Positions 26,610 through 37,500 of a stretch of 61,995 nucleotides of DNA are shown here, piece by piece. The notes under the pieces were generated by a model. The model saw nothing but the letters and a program-made list of their open reading frames with translations. It made no database searches and was not told the origin of the DNA. The stretch spans positions 1 to 61,995 of the forward strand of contig JAZQUS010000045.1 in the NCBI GenBank assembly GCA_045631445.1, written 5' to 3'. Positions within the stretch are counted from its first letter, which is position 1. Every line of letters begins with the position of its first letter. The DNA comes from Eubacteriales bacterium. Lineage in GTDB: Bacteria > Bacillota > Clostridia > Oscillospirales > CAG-272. Made by a program: the position numbers and the translations under genes.

Positions 26610-28253
26610 TTATCTTTCTATACCTGCGTTTTTAAATACCTCTTTGGCATTGTAGTAGTCACTGCTTACACCTGTAACGTATGTATGCAAATTCTTAATA
26701 GCATTTATATCGTTAACTGTCCAAACCTCAAGAGGAATTCCCGCTTCCTTAACCACGTCAACAACGTCTTGAGTAGCCAATGTATACCAAATATCAAAAA
26801 CAACCTGGTTTTGTCCTGTCATCAAATTCATCTGTGCAAACGGAATATTGTTTGCGGCAATTTTAGTTGCGTTAGTGTCTGTAATAACCCAAACAATTCG
26901 CGCAGTAGGACAGTTATGAGCGATTTTTGATAACGCATCACCTGAAAATCCGAGCCACGAAACGTTATCGGTCATACCTGCGTCAGCTACGATCTTAATC
27001 AACGCTTTAGCTTCTTCATCGGTCATATTTCCCTTGATTTCGATATATGGATGAAGTCCCAATTCCTTACACAAGGCAATAAATTCAACAAATGTGGGAA
27101 TTTTTTCGCCCCTGTATGCTGAAAAATCGTTCACTGTATCATTATCATCATAAGAGAAATCGTATTGAGAAACCTCTGCATAGGTCATCTGACTTAACGT
27201 ACCGCTTCCGTTTGACGTTCTGTCAATCGTATCATCGTGAAGCAACACGGGCACACCGTCTTTAGTAAACTGAACGTCACATTCAACGTACTTAAATCCG
27301 TGATTATACGATTCGCGGTAAGCCGCAAGTGTATTTTCAGGAGCTTTGTACCAACCTCTATGACCAACGCTTACCATTGTATCCTTCGTAGCAGCATTAT
27401 TAACAGAACCATTGTTTAAAATATTACCTAAAGCATCCTCTGCCTTAACGCCTTCAATCTTGAACATACTGTGGATATTTGCAAGTTCATCGTTTGTAAG
27501 TTTAAGATTGGGCCTGCCGTTGGCATCAAGCTTACCAACGGTAAGAACAAAATATCCTGTAGCATAAGTCGTTACATAGGTTCTTTCATTGGGATTTGTC
27601 CAAGAAGTATTCCAACCCGTGTCCTTCCACGCACCTGAAGAAGCATTGTCCTTATCCGTGGTTTCCATAACACCCCAACAGTAAACGTTAGTGTCACCAA
27701 GGAATGTAATTTTTGTACCTCGAGCCATTCTCACCTTAACAAGAATTTTCATTCGGGTATTATTATTTACCCAAGGTGAGCCAAACATAGCAGGCTGCTC
27801 TAAAAATTCTTCTTCAGTAAGATATTCAAGATCAGGAGTGTCGGGCTCTTTTTCTTTTATCATAATACCCGTATCAACACTATTGATATGTATATAGCCA
27901 CCAATAACGGTAATTTTAGCAGGAGAGCCATTAAAAAGCTTTGTATTTCTTCCATTAATGTACCAAACACCATTTTTGCTTTCAATAGATGGAGCTTCCT
28001 CGGAATCTCCTCTGATACAACCAATCAAAATCCATTCACCATCTATAAACTGATACAAATTGTATGTATCCTGATCCAAGCACATCTGTCCTTCAAGTAC
28101 ACCTTCTGTATACTGTGGCTCACCAACCTCAATTAACCATCCACCAAGCTTTTCTTTATATATTGTGGTCGTAGTCACTTCGCCGCCATTAGCACAGCCA
28201 ACAATAGGAAGAAGCATCAAAAATGCTAAAATTATTGTTAGTATTTTTTTCAT
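26610..28253 (-). CDS. Glycerophosphodiester phosphodiesterase (GDPD) lipoprotein with N-terminal spacer domains
   Basis: Lipobox IVGC; GHRG, PENTL, VECDV-x2-TKDG-x-PVLLHD, IEIKG, VWTVN. Confidence 0.9.
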   Translation of the reverse strand: MKKILTIILAFLMLLPIVGCANGGEVTTTTIYKEKLGGWLIEVGEPQYTEGVLEGQMCLDQDTYNLYQFIDGEWILIGCIRGDSEEAPSIESKNGVWYINGRNTKLFNGSPAKITVIGGYIHINSVDTGIMIKEKEPDTPDLEYLTEEEFLEQPAMFGSPWVNNNTRMKILVKVRMARGTKITFLGDTNVYCWGVMETTDKDNASSGAWKDTGWNTSWTNPNERTYVTTYATGYFVLTVGKLDANGRPNLKLTNDELANIHSMFKIEGVKAEDALGNILNNGSVNNAATKDTMVSVGHRGWYKAPENTLAAYRESYNHGFKYVECDVQFTKDGVPVLLHDDTIDRTSNGSGTLSQMTYAEVSQYDFSYDDNDTVNDFSAYRGEKIPTFVEFIALCKELGLHPYIEIKGNMTDEEAKALIKIVADAGMTDNVSWLGFSGDALSKIAHNCPTARIVWVITDTNATKIAANNIPFAQMNLMTGQNQVVFDIWYTLATQDVVDVVKEAGIPLEVWTVNDINAIKNLHTYVTGVSSDYYNAKEVFKNAGIER

Positions 28254-28267
28254 AAAAAATTCCTTTC

Positions 28268-28300
28268 AACCCACGGTTCGTTTAAAGCAAACCGTGGGTT
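28268..28300 (-). terminator. Hairpin between the 1312-aa gene and the GDPD gene
   Basis: AACCCACGGTT/AACCGTGGGTT 11-bp stem. Confidence 0.65.
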
Positions 28301-28312
28301 AAAGTACCAGTA

Positions 28313-31300
28313 TTACTGTTGAATTTGACCAATAATATCACCGTATACAGCGCCTATAACTGTTCCGTTATTTGTATTAGTTGTCTTGATTTCATCAAGA
28401 TATGTTGTAACGAAGAGACGTCCAACAATACCGCCAACGTAAACGCTTGAACCAACAATGTCACCGTTGTTTGTATTATTAGTTGCCTTGCCATAGAACA
28501 TACCAACGATACCGCCAAGGTCACCCTGAGCACTAATTGAACCGTTGTTTACACAACCTGTAATTTCACCAAGTGTATCACCTGCGATACCACCAATACC
28601 CCAAGTACCCTTTACACTACCGTTGTTTACACATCCTGTGAGTGTAACTGAACCTGTACCTGTGGAAGCGTTATAGTAGATACCCAAGATACCACCGTTA
28701 CCTGTAGAAGTAGCAGTAATATTACCGTTGTTTACACAGTTTGTAGCAGACGCTGTAGCATCAGTAGCTATAAAACCAATTACACCGCCAAGCGCCCAAG
28801 TACCGTTTACATTACCGTAGTTTACACAACCAACGATGGGCTTATTTGCCTGACCTGCAATACCTGCGGCCTTGCCTCTTGCCTGAATATTACCGTAGTT
28901 ATAGCAATTTTCAATCTTACCTGTGTTCTTTGTTGAACCTGCAATACCACCAACACAGTCACTTGCAGTACTTGTAATGTTACCGTAGTTTACACAATTC
29001 TTAATATCGTGTCCACCAGAACCTGCAATACCCGCGATAATGTAGCTTGAACCTGTAACATTACCGTAGTTTACACAGTTGAGAACTGTAGATGCTTGGT
29101 TTTCTGCATTAGCAACTACACCACCCAGTGTACTTACACCTGTAACGGTCACATAGTTTGTAAGATTTTCAAGAATACCACCATTTGCAACATATCCAAC
29201 GATACCACCAACAGTATCATTTCCGCTTACTTTACCGTAAACACTAAGATTCTTAAGATAACCTTGTTCAATTGTACCAAACAATGACTTGGTATTATTC
29301 AAACCTCTAATTGTGCAGTGGTTACCGTCAAAGAATCCATAGAATCCTTTTCTTGTAGACCAACCAGGAAATTCACCCATATTAAGATTATGACCATTCA
29401 AATCGATACTTTGTGTCAACTTGAAATATTTGCCTGAGAAATTAGCAGACCTTTCGGGTGCCGCATTAACAACACCTGCAATGTAAGCAAGATCTGCACC
29501 GCTTGTTACAAGGAAAGGATCATCAGCAGTACCATTTCCCTGCAAGCTTGTGCTTACTGACTTACCATCCCAAACAGCTACTGTTGAATAGTAAACTGTC
29601 TTGTTAAGATCATCGTAAATCGTGCTAAGGATAAAGTAATCGTATTCTGCAACGTAACCCTCAAGTGCAGGAGAGGTTACTACACACATACCCTTATCGT
29701 TAGACTTTGTAAATGTTGTCATTGATGGCGCTGCATGATTTACAATATATGTTGTTGTAGCATACAAACCAACATTAACTGTAGCAACAGCATTTTCTCC
29801 TGCCCAAAGCTTAATAACAACGTGGAAATTAATTTCTTCAACTGTTACCTTGTCAACGCTATCACTTACACCTGCAAACAATTTAGCGCCTGCAATAGTG
29901 CTTTCGTTTACAGAGGAGTAAACGCCTTCATAATAGTTCCAACCAAGGTCAAGTTTAAGATCACCGTATTTACCCAAAACGAAATCGTTCAAGCTAATTA
30001 CACTTGCAGTTGCACCAAGTTCTGTAGCATCTGCACTATAGAACTTATCTCCATTAAAGAATGTATCAACTGTGCCTGTGCTAGTTGCTACTTCTCTGTA
30101 GTAAACACCCTTGTTATAATATTTTTCAAGCAATTCCTGAAGTGCAAGAGCTATGGGGTCATCTGTAGCAGAAGCAATTCTCTGATAGCCGCACGCACAA
30201 GAGTAAACCATATATCCGTCTGCGTTCAAAACGCCACCGTCGAAAGTATGAGGCTCTACATCATACATATAACCGCAATCACATGCCTTATGATGTGACT
30301 GTTCATTATAAGCATCTTTGAAATCGTGAGGATCAGCATTAAGAGAATCTGTCAAATCAAGAACGAACTGATTGTGCTCCTGATAATGCTTACCCGTATC
30401 AGTAGAAAGCCATTCAACCTTCATCTGAGTTCCGTCCTCAGAGAAGTAAAGCATACACACCATACCAACGCCGCCCTTTTGTGGATCCATCCACTGTGCG
30501 TCGATAACCATCTGATTTACAACGTTTCCGTGATTACCTTCAGTTTGAAGAAGAACTACGTCTTCAAAAGGAGTATGTCCGCACATAATAAGGAAAATAT
30601 TGGGATGCTTTGAAATCAACTTATCCCAAACCTGCTGACCGTTGTTATAACCTCTGTTGTTATTACCAACGTTTGTATCAACGTCGTTCTGTGATCCCAT
30701 ACCGCCACTTGTTGGTACGTTATCATAATCAATACGGTCTTCATTAAATGCCTGATAACCGTGTGTTGTAATAATTACTTTGTGATTAGGATGAGCAAGA
30801 ATAACTTCATTAGCCCATTCAATCATTTCATCACTGACACCGAAGTCCAATGTAATGAACAAGTAATCGGTTTGACCAATAGTCATCAACATATAGGAGT
30901 TTCTAATGTCACCATCAGCAATAAAGCCGTCGAACTGACTCATATATGTTTCGTTTGCAAAATACTTAAGGAAGTATTTTGATTCGTCGTGGTTACCACG
31001 AACCAAGGAGTAAGAAATCTTACCGTCGAGCTTGGAAATGTATTGCTGAGCGCGAATCCATTCCTGCTCCTTGTTAGCTGTATTCCAGTCTTCAGTAATG
31101 TCACCAAGACCGAATACGTGAGCAATTTTCTTTGACTCTTGGTTTGCAAGAATCCAATCGTAAATACCCTCCATCTTTGCAGGAGCATATTTAGAAAGCC
31201 ACTGTGTATCACCAACTACCGCAAAAGAGTATGCATAATCGAAATCTGACTCATAAGAATCAAGCCATTCCTTTGAAATATCAAATCCGTTAGGTGACAA

Positions 31301-32251
31301 GTCCTTAATGTCGTTACCTGCGCTCTCGGGAGTGAGAACATAGTGAACAAGGATATTATCTGCGTTGCTATCAATTCCGTTTGCCGCAGTATTAGCAATT
31401 TCTTCTGCAGTTCTAACGTCGGAATATGCCGCAACATTTCTCATATATCCCTTAAAGTAGTTACCGTTGTCACTTCTGCCGTCGCCACCAACGATAAATC
31501 TAAATGTTGTAATATCTTCAGCCAAATCATTTGTGATAGTAACGCTCTGTGCAAGCTCACCATCGAGATAAACTGACATAACGCGGTTTGCATAGTCAAA
31601 TGTAAATGCAATGCGTACCCAATCACCTGTTCTAACGTCTACTTCTGTAAACTTAATGTCTTTAACATTTCCGCCTGCATCGTGATAATAGAATCTCGGA
31701 ACACCGTTTTCAAAAATTTCAAACAACCAGTCCTGTCTAACACCAATATAGTTACCGAAAATAGCACCTACGCGACCTGTGAAATTAGGGTCAACGTAAA
31801 TTTCTGCTTCAAGTGACAAAGGTGTTTTAGGAAGGTGATCGTCCATTTTATAGAACGTTGACTTCAAGAATGACAGGCCGTTGAGCTCAACGTCACCGCC
31901 ACCAACGTCACCACCGCCAACATCTCCGCCGCCAACATCTCCACCACCTTGAGTATCTTCATAAGTGATTTTTTGAGCGGATTTTTTACCACATTCCATA
32001 CATGTGAATGTCTTGATACCGTCACTGTCTTTGGTGGGGATAATTGTAATTACACCGTCATTCCAAACGTGCTCTTCAAGACCTTCTTTTTCATTACATC
32101 CCTCACAAGCATACCAGTGATGCGTAGCATCATTTGAATATGTATCCTTAAAGCTATGCGTGTGAGCACTTTCTGGTGGTGTAACTACTCCGCAAGAGCT
32201 AAGAAGAGCCAACACCAAAATTAATGATACCAATAAAATTTTAATTTTCAT
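28313..32251 (-). CDS. 1312-aa surface lipoprotein: LamG/ConA-like domain + calcineurin-like metallophosphoesterase + GLUG-repeat module
   Basis: Lipobox LSSC; W-x-RIAFT...YLDG...IVGG LamG pattern; GDTQ, GDITE, RGNHD, TTH, CGH; repeated VGGIVG...CVNYG-x-V. Confidence 0.82.
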   Translation of the reverse strand: MKIKILLVSLILVLALLSSCGVVTPPESAHTHSFKDTYSNDATHHWYACEGCNEKEGLEEHVWNDGVITIIPTKDSDGIKTFTCMECGKKSAQKITYEDTQGGGDVGGGDVGGGDVGGGDVELNGLSFLKSTFYKMDDHLPKTPLSLEAEIYVDPNFTGRVGAIFGNYIGVRQDWLFEIFENGVPRFYYHDAGGNVKDIKFTEVDVRTGDWVRIAFTFDYANRVMSVYLDGELAQSVTITNDLAEDITTFRFIVGGDGRSDNGNYFKGYMRNVAAYSDVRTAEEIANTAANGIDSNADNILVHYVLTPESAGNDIKDLSPNGFDISKEWLDSYESDFDYAYSFAVVGDTQWLSKYAPAKMEGIYDWILANQESKKIAHVFGLGDITEDWNTANKEQEWIRAQQYISKLDGKISYSLVRGNHDESKYFLKYFANETYMSQFDGFIADGDIRNSYMLMTIGQTDYLFITLDFGVSDEMIEWANEVILAHPNHKVIITTHGYQAFNEDRIDYDNVPTSGGMGSQNDVDTNVGNNNRGYNNGQQVWDKLISKHPNIFLIMCGHTPFEDVVLLQTEGNHGNVVNQMVIDAQWMDPQKGGVGMVCMLYFSEDGTQMKVEWLSTDTGKHYQEHNQFVLDLTDSLNADPHDFKDAYNEQSHHKACDCGYMYDVEPHTFDGGVLNADGYMVYSCACGYQRIASATDDPIALALQELLEKYYNKGVYYREVATSTGTVDTFFNGDKFYSADATELGATASVISLNDFVLGKYGDLKLDLGWNYYEGVYSSVNESTIAGAKLFAGVSDSVDKVTVEEINFHVVIKLWAGENAVATVNVGLYATTTYIVNHAAPSMTTFTKSNDKGMCVVTSPALEGYVAEYDYFILSTIYDDLNKTVYYSTVAVWDGKSVSTSLQGNGTADDPFLVTSGADLAYIAGVVNAAPERSANFSGKYFKLTQSIDLNGHNLNMGEFPGWSTRKGFYGFFDGNHCTIRGLNNTKSLFGTIEQGYLKNLSVYGKVSGNDTVGGIVGYVANGGILENLTNYVTVTGVSTLGGVVANAENQASTVLNCVNYGNVTGSSYIIAGIAGSGGHDIKNCVNYGNITSTASDCVGGIAGSTKNTGKIENCYNYGNIQARGKAAGIAGQANKPIVGCVNYGNVNGTWALGGVIGFIATDATASATNCVNNGNITATSTGNGGILGIYYNASTGTGSVTLTGCVNNGSVKGTWGIGGIAGDTLGEITGCVNNGSISAQGDLGGIVGMFYGKATNNTNNGDIVGSSVYVGGIVGRLFVTTYLDEIKTTNTNNGTVIGAVYGDIIGQIQQ
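31889..31948 (-). repeat. Four 15-bp units encoding (GGGDV)4 linker
   Basis: aacgtcaccgccacc / aacgtcaccaccgcc / aacatctccgccgcc / aacatctccaccacc. Confidence 0.9.
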
Positions 32252-32298
32252 TTTAAATCCCCTTTCTGGTGATTTTTTAATCTATTTTTGACAATAGA

Positions 32299-34506
32299 TT
32301 ATCTTTTTACTATACCGTTAGCCGTAATGTCTGCTACTTCTTGGTTATCATTCCAAAGTGCACCGAGCCAGCTAAAGTTTGTACCGTTAAAGCCAACTTT
32401 AATTGCGTGTGTTGAAGCAATTCCCTCAACACAAAGCTCAACGGTAGTTACGTACTTGCCATTAACCATTTCGGTTTTTGACACGCCGTGTGTAATATTG
32501 CTTGAATATGTTGCAACTCCCTCATAGAAAATAACCGTATAGGAAGCGCCGCTATTCAACTTAAATTCGATATTATCATTGAGCCACCAGCTACTGTTAA
32601 GTGGGCTCCATTCTCCGTGTGTAAGTTCAAAGGACATATAAAGGTTGCCATCTTTAATCATACCCGCAAATTTTACTGACAATTTGCCATTGGAAGCCGT
32701 AATAATATTGCCAACGTATTCACCGTTTGAAATCACAGCATCAAAAACGATGCCGCTCATAGTAAGATCTCCAACTGTAACTTCAGTTGTTGCAGATTTG
32801 CCTGCACATTCAACGGTAATTGTTGCACTACCCTTCTTTTTAGCAGTTAAAAGACCGTTTTCATCAACTGAAACTACATCAGGATTATTTGATGAATATT
32901 TCACAAAATAATCAACGTCAACTGACTTTTTAATGTCCAACTGATGTGTTGTTCCCGATTGAGTGAAGCCCAAGTTGAGTGTTTTGTTGAGAATAAGTTC
33001 GAAATCCGCTTCATCGTAGCGATTTTCAAAAGAAACACCGTTTAAGAAGTTAATACCCGCATTAACGAGCTTCTGCGCACCCTCAACATCTGCACCGTCC
33101 TTATACATTTCTTCACTTGCAAGCTTTGCTACACTTGTGCCAACAAATCTTGAAGAATACATATACTGACCTTCGGGATTTTTAATATATGCGATTGCGG
33201 TATATGAGGTATTCAAATCCTCATAAAGTACGTCTGTAAGCTTACCGCTAAAATAAATATCCGAATATTCATCGTCTATTTTTTCAACAGTAACCTGTGA
33301 CTTAACGTGCTTATATGTAACGTAAGCCGCATCTAATTCCTCAAAATAATTGCCTTCAATATTATTCTTTGTTAAGTCCGATGTAGGAACGAAAATAAAG
33401 CCGTATTCATACTTATTTTTGCTATCGTGATTAGTCAAATTAGCGCGGAATTCAAGTCCATTTTCATCAGCTAACAACTTAATTTCTTTGTCAATACTAA
33501 CTCTTTCATTGAAATATGAATCGTTTTCTATTTCAAAAGTTTCAAGAAGAGTAACGAATGCCTCACCAAGATACTGCTGACCTTGTGCGTTAAAATGCCA
33601 GTCATCGTGTTGAACGAGGGGCATACAGTCAACGCAACCAACGTTGTCAACTTCACTCGCAACCGTTGTCATAGCAGTTCTAACCATACCCTGATATGTG
33701 GGAGGAGCACTATTCTTTGTGTTCCATTTAGGAAGACCGCAAACGAAAGGAACGTTGCCACAATCATATCCGGTTACTTCACTAAGCATATTTCTTGTGT
33801 CATAAATAAGAGTTTCAAAAAGCTCTCTGTATGCAGAAGCCATTTCAAGCGTAAACATTTCCGCCTCACCCTGCATCCACCAAACACCTTTGATAACGGG
33901 AGTGTACCCGTCTTCAACAAGCAACTGAATAGCATCTATAACAGTTTGTTCAAATCTTCTAAACATATTGCCAATCAAAGGATTTTTGGACATATCAACA
34001 TTATTGTTTTTAATATATGTGGGAGAAGTCCACGTTCCATATTTCAAAGAAACTTCGTATGTAGTATCGGGATAGAGGTGTGTAGCACCCTGTGCGCATT
34101 TGATAATAGCGCTCATCTCACCGTAATCGGCAACTGCGTTAGCAATACCAATTTCCGCACCTGAGCGAGTAGGTTCAACACCCATACCAAGCTTAACGGG
34201 TTCAAAGCCACCGTCAAAGCTCTTTCCACTCCAACGCTCAAAAGAACCGTAATATAAAACGTTTTCAAAGCCGTTTACAAATCTATCGTCGGACTTAGCA
34301 ATTTTGTTGCCTGTATCCATACCGTAACCAACGGCATTGGACTGACCTGCAATCAAATATACGTTAATAATTTTTTCATTACCTGACATTTGTTTTTCTT
34401 CCTCCTGCTTCGAATCACCTCCACCGAGATTACACGAAGCCAAGGGTAATACTAAAGAAAACACCAAAAGTAACAACAATATCAAAGAAACATTTCTCAT
34501 TTTCAT
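32299..34506 (-). CDS. SASA/CE6-like sialate or carbohydrate O-acetylesterase lipoprotein with Ig-like and C-terminal beta-sandwich domains
   Basis: Lipobox LASC; YLIAGQSNAVG, WMQGEAE, DDWHF; YSSNNPDVVSVDENGLLTAKKKGSATITV (Big_2-like). Confidence 0.85.
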   Translation of the reverse strand: MKMRNVSLILLLLLVFSLVLPLASCNLGGGDSKQEEEKQMSGNEKIINVYLIAGQSNAVGYGMDTGNKIAKSDDRFVNGFENVLYYGSFERWSGKSFDGGFEPVKLGMGVEPTRSGAEIGIANAVADYGEMSAIIKCAQGATHLYPDTTYEVSLKYGTWTSPTYIKNNNVDMSKNPLIGNMFRRFEQTVIDAIQLLVEDGYTPVIKGVWWMQGEAEMFTLEMASAYRELFETLIYDTRNMLSEVTGYDCGNVPFVCGLPKWNTKNSAPPTYQGMVRTAMTTVASEVDNVGCVDCMPLVQHDDWHFNAQGQQYLGEAFVTLLETFEIENDSYFNERVSIDKEIKLLADENGLEFRANLTNHDSKNKYEYGFIFVPTSDLTKNNIEGNYFEELDAAYVTYKHVKSQVTVEKIDDEYSDIYFSGKLTDVLYEDLNTSYTAIAYIKNPEGQYMYSSRFVGTSVAKLASEEMYKDGADVEGAQKLVNAGINFLNGVSFENRYDEADFELILNKTLNLGFTQSGTTHQLDIKKSVDVDYFVKYSSNNPDVVSVDENGLLTAKKKGSATITVECAGKSATTEVTVGDLTMSGIVFDAVISNGEYVGNIITASNGKLSVKFAGMIKDGNLYMSFELTHGEWSPLNSSWWLNDNIEFKLNSGASYTVIFYEGVATYSSNITHGVSKTEMVNGKYVTTVELCVEGIASTHAIKVGFNGTNFSWLGALWNDNQEVADITANGIVKR

Positions 34507-34539
34507 TATTGTTCACCTCGTTTTTTTATTTTTCATTGG

Positions 34540-34567
34540 GCAAGAAAGGGCAAAAGCCCTTTCTTGC
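34540..34567 (-). terminator. Hairpin after the 1338-aa gene
   Basis: GCAAGAAAGGGC-AAAA-GCCCTTTCTTGC 12-bp perfect stem. Confidence 0.75.
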
Positions 34568-34578
34568 ATATTGATTAA

Positions 34579-37500
34579 TTATTCTGCGGGAACGTATTCT
34601 TTAACTTCACCGTTATCTACGCAGTTAGTTACTGTAGAGGTTGTTGTACCGTAAATACCACCAACACCCTTAGAGATTGTACCAATAACCGTACCATAGT
34701 TTACACAGTCGGAAATTGGTTTCTTAGCTGTACCAACGATACCGCCAATCTGACCGTATGTTGTTGTAGCACCTGTTACTGTACCATAGTTTACGCAACC
34801 GGAAATTGTACCCTTATCCTTTGTAGAACCGGAAATACCGCCAACAGAAACGTTACCGCCTGTTACGTCACCCCAGTTTACACAATTTGTCATATTCTTA
34901 CCGCCTGAACCAACGATACCACCTACGATATAGGAGTCACAGATAACTGTACCGTAGTTTACACAGTTAAGAAGAGCACCTGCACTATTTTCCTGGTTAG
35001 CAACGATACCGCCAACTGTACCCTGACGACCGCTAGATACCTTAGATGTTACGTTAACGTAGCTTGTTACGTTTTCAATAACTGCATTTGTTGCTGTGTA
35101 ACCAACCAAGCCTGCAGTACCGGAATTACCCTTAACGCTACCGTAAATGCTCAAATTCTTAATAGTACCCGAGTTTACACATCCAAACAATGCTGTAGAT
35201 GTTTTACCTGCAGAACCGTCAAGGTTAATACCTCTGATTGAGCAGTTGTTACCGTCAAATGTTCCGAAGAAGCCCTGATAGTTGTTCCAACCTGCATGCA
35301 TACCAACGATAAGGTAGTGACCGTTAAGGTCGATGCTCTTTGTCATCTTGAAGTACTGACCCTTGAATGTTGTTACCTTGTAGTTAGCACCTGAAGCTGC
35401 CGTATTAGCATTAACCTGAGATGCAAAGTATGCAAAGTCAGCTGCACTCTGAATAAGGAAAGGATCAGTTGATGTACCTGTACCTGCAAGAGATTCACTT
35501 ACAGATACGCCGTCCCAAACAGAAACTTCAGAATAGTAAATTGTGACTGAACTGTTTTCAAGCACGTGTACCTTCACATAGTCGTGAGAAGCAACGTAGC
35601 CTGCGATTTCTTTTGCATTGATTGTTGCGATTTCACCATTAGCGAATTCTAATGTCTCAGCAGGAGCTGCTACCGAACCGTCAAGATTCAAGTAGTTAAC
35701 TGTTACTGTACACTTTGCAGATTCTACTCTTGTTTCACCACAGTTACCACAAGTATAAGTTATCTTACCGTTTGCAGTTGTTCCCTCGTTCCAAGCGTGA
35801 CCTGTTGCAGAAACAACAACGTTAGAAATTACCTTGCCGTCCGCATCATAATTCTTATCACATACTGAGCAATGATCGTATGCAACGTTACCGTTTTCTT
35901 CGCAAGTAGCATCCTTTGCATCAGTGTGTGTAAATTCGTGCGCAAGGATTGTAACTGTACCGTTGTTTACACAATTTGTCTGTGTTGATACAGCGGAAGT
36001 AATACCATCAATACTTGTGCTTGTACAAGTTGTACCAAGTGCCTTGCCATAGTTTGTACAATCAGTAAGTGTAGCTTCTATAGAACCGTTTCTAGCGCCT
36101 GCAATACCACCAACTACTGTTTCACCACTTACAGTACCGTAGTTTACACAATGAGTCAATGTACACTTCCAATAAAGGTTACCAACGATACCACCAACGT
36201 TGTTAGTTCCAGTTACTGTACCCCAGTTAGTGCAATTAACGAGATATCTACCAATCAAACCTGCGATACCACCTACATTTTGAACACCAGTGATTGTACC
36301 ATAGTTAACCAAATTTGTTGCGGGTGTGTCGTTAGACTGTTCCATGTTACCAACGATACCACCAACGTTTCCGCGACCGTTCATGCTAGCATAGTTTGTA
36401 ATGTTTTCCAAAGGAGCCAATCTATTATATCCTACAAGTACACCAACAGAATCATTGCCCTTTGCTACTTCAACATGACCGTAAAGGCTAAGGTTCTTTA
36501 TCCAACCGCCTTCAACACAACCAAACAATGAAAGTGTATTTTTGATACCTCTGATAGAACAGTTATTGCCGTCAAGGTAGCCAGCAAACATCTGTCTTGT
36601 ACCCCATGCACTTCCTGTTCCGATATGAAGAGCGTGACCGTTAAGGTCGATGGACTTTGTAATTACGAAATACTGACCGCTAAATGCTGCAGTCTTAACT
36701 TCAAGTGCATTTACAACCTGTGCAATGTATGCGAGGTCTGCACCACTCTGAATAAGGTAAGGATCTTCAGCAGTACCTGAACCTGTAAGAGATGCGCTTA
36801 CAGAAACGCCGTCCCAAACAGAAACCTCAGAATAGTAAATTGTGAATGTATATGTTGCTGCTGCATCGTGGAAGCCGAACTTCACATAATCGTGAGAAGC
36901 TACTCTGCCTGCGATTGCAGGAGCATTAATTGTTGCGATAGAATCTACCAATGTAACATCTGCTTCAACAACCTTTGTTTGTGTTCCGGCTGTGTATGTA
37001 AATGTTACCTTTGTTGCAGTAACGTTAAGAGTTACTGTAGAAACTGTTGTTGTTTCTGCGATAACGTGAGAAGCATCATTTGCACAAATCTGTTTTGATG
37101 TGCATGTGGAGTTATCATCACTCCATGTGTATGTTACTTCACCATAATTATGTCCAAGTGCGGGAATTACTTCCTGTGCAAGTGTTGTCTTGCCACAAAC
37201 TGAACATACGCTACCGTCCTTAAGACCTGTAGCTTCACAAGTAGCTGCCTTGCCGGGAACTACTGTATTAGCATGACCATATGCATTAACTGTTTCCTGT
37301 GCTACTGTTACTGTACCACAAACTGAACACTTCTTACCTGCTGTAAGACCTGTATTTTCACAATCAGGTTCAACTGCAGGAATAGATACTTCTGTGTGAG
37401 GAATTACAGAAACTGCAACTGTTTCTCTGCTAATCTCTTCGCCACATCTTGAGCATTTAATAACGCTATCATAAGAGCCTTCTGCTGTGCAAGTGGGGGC

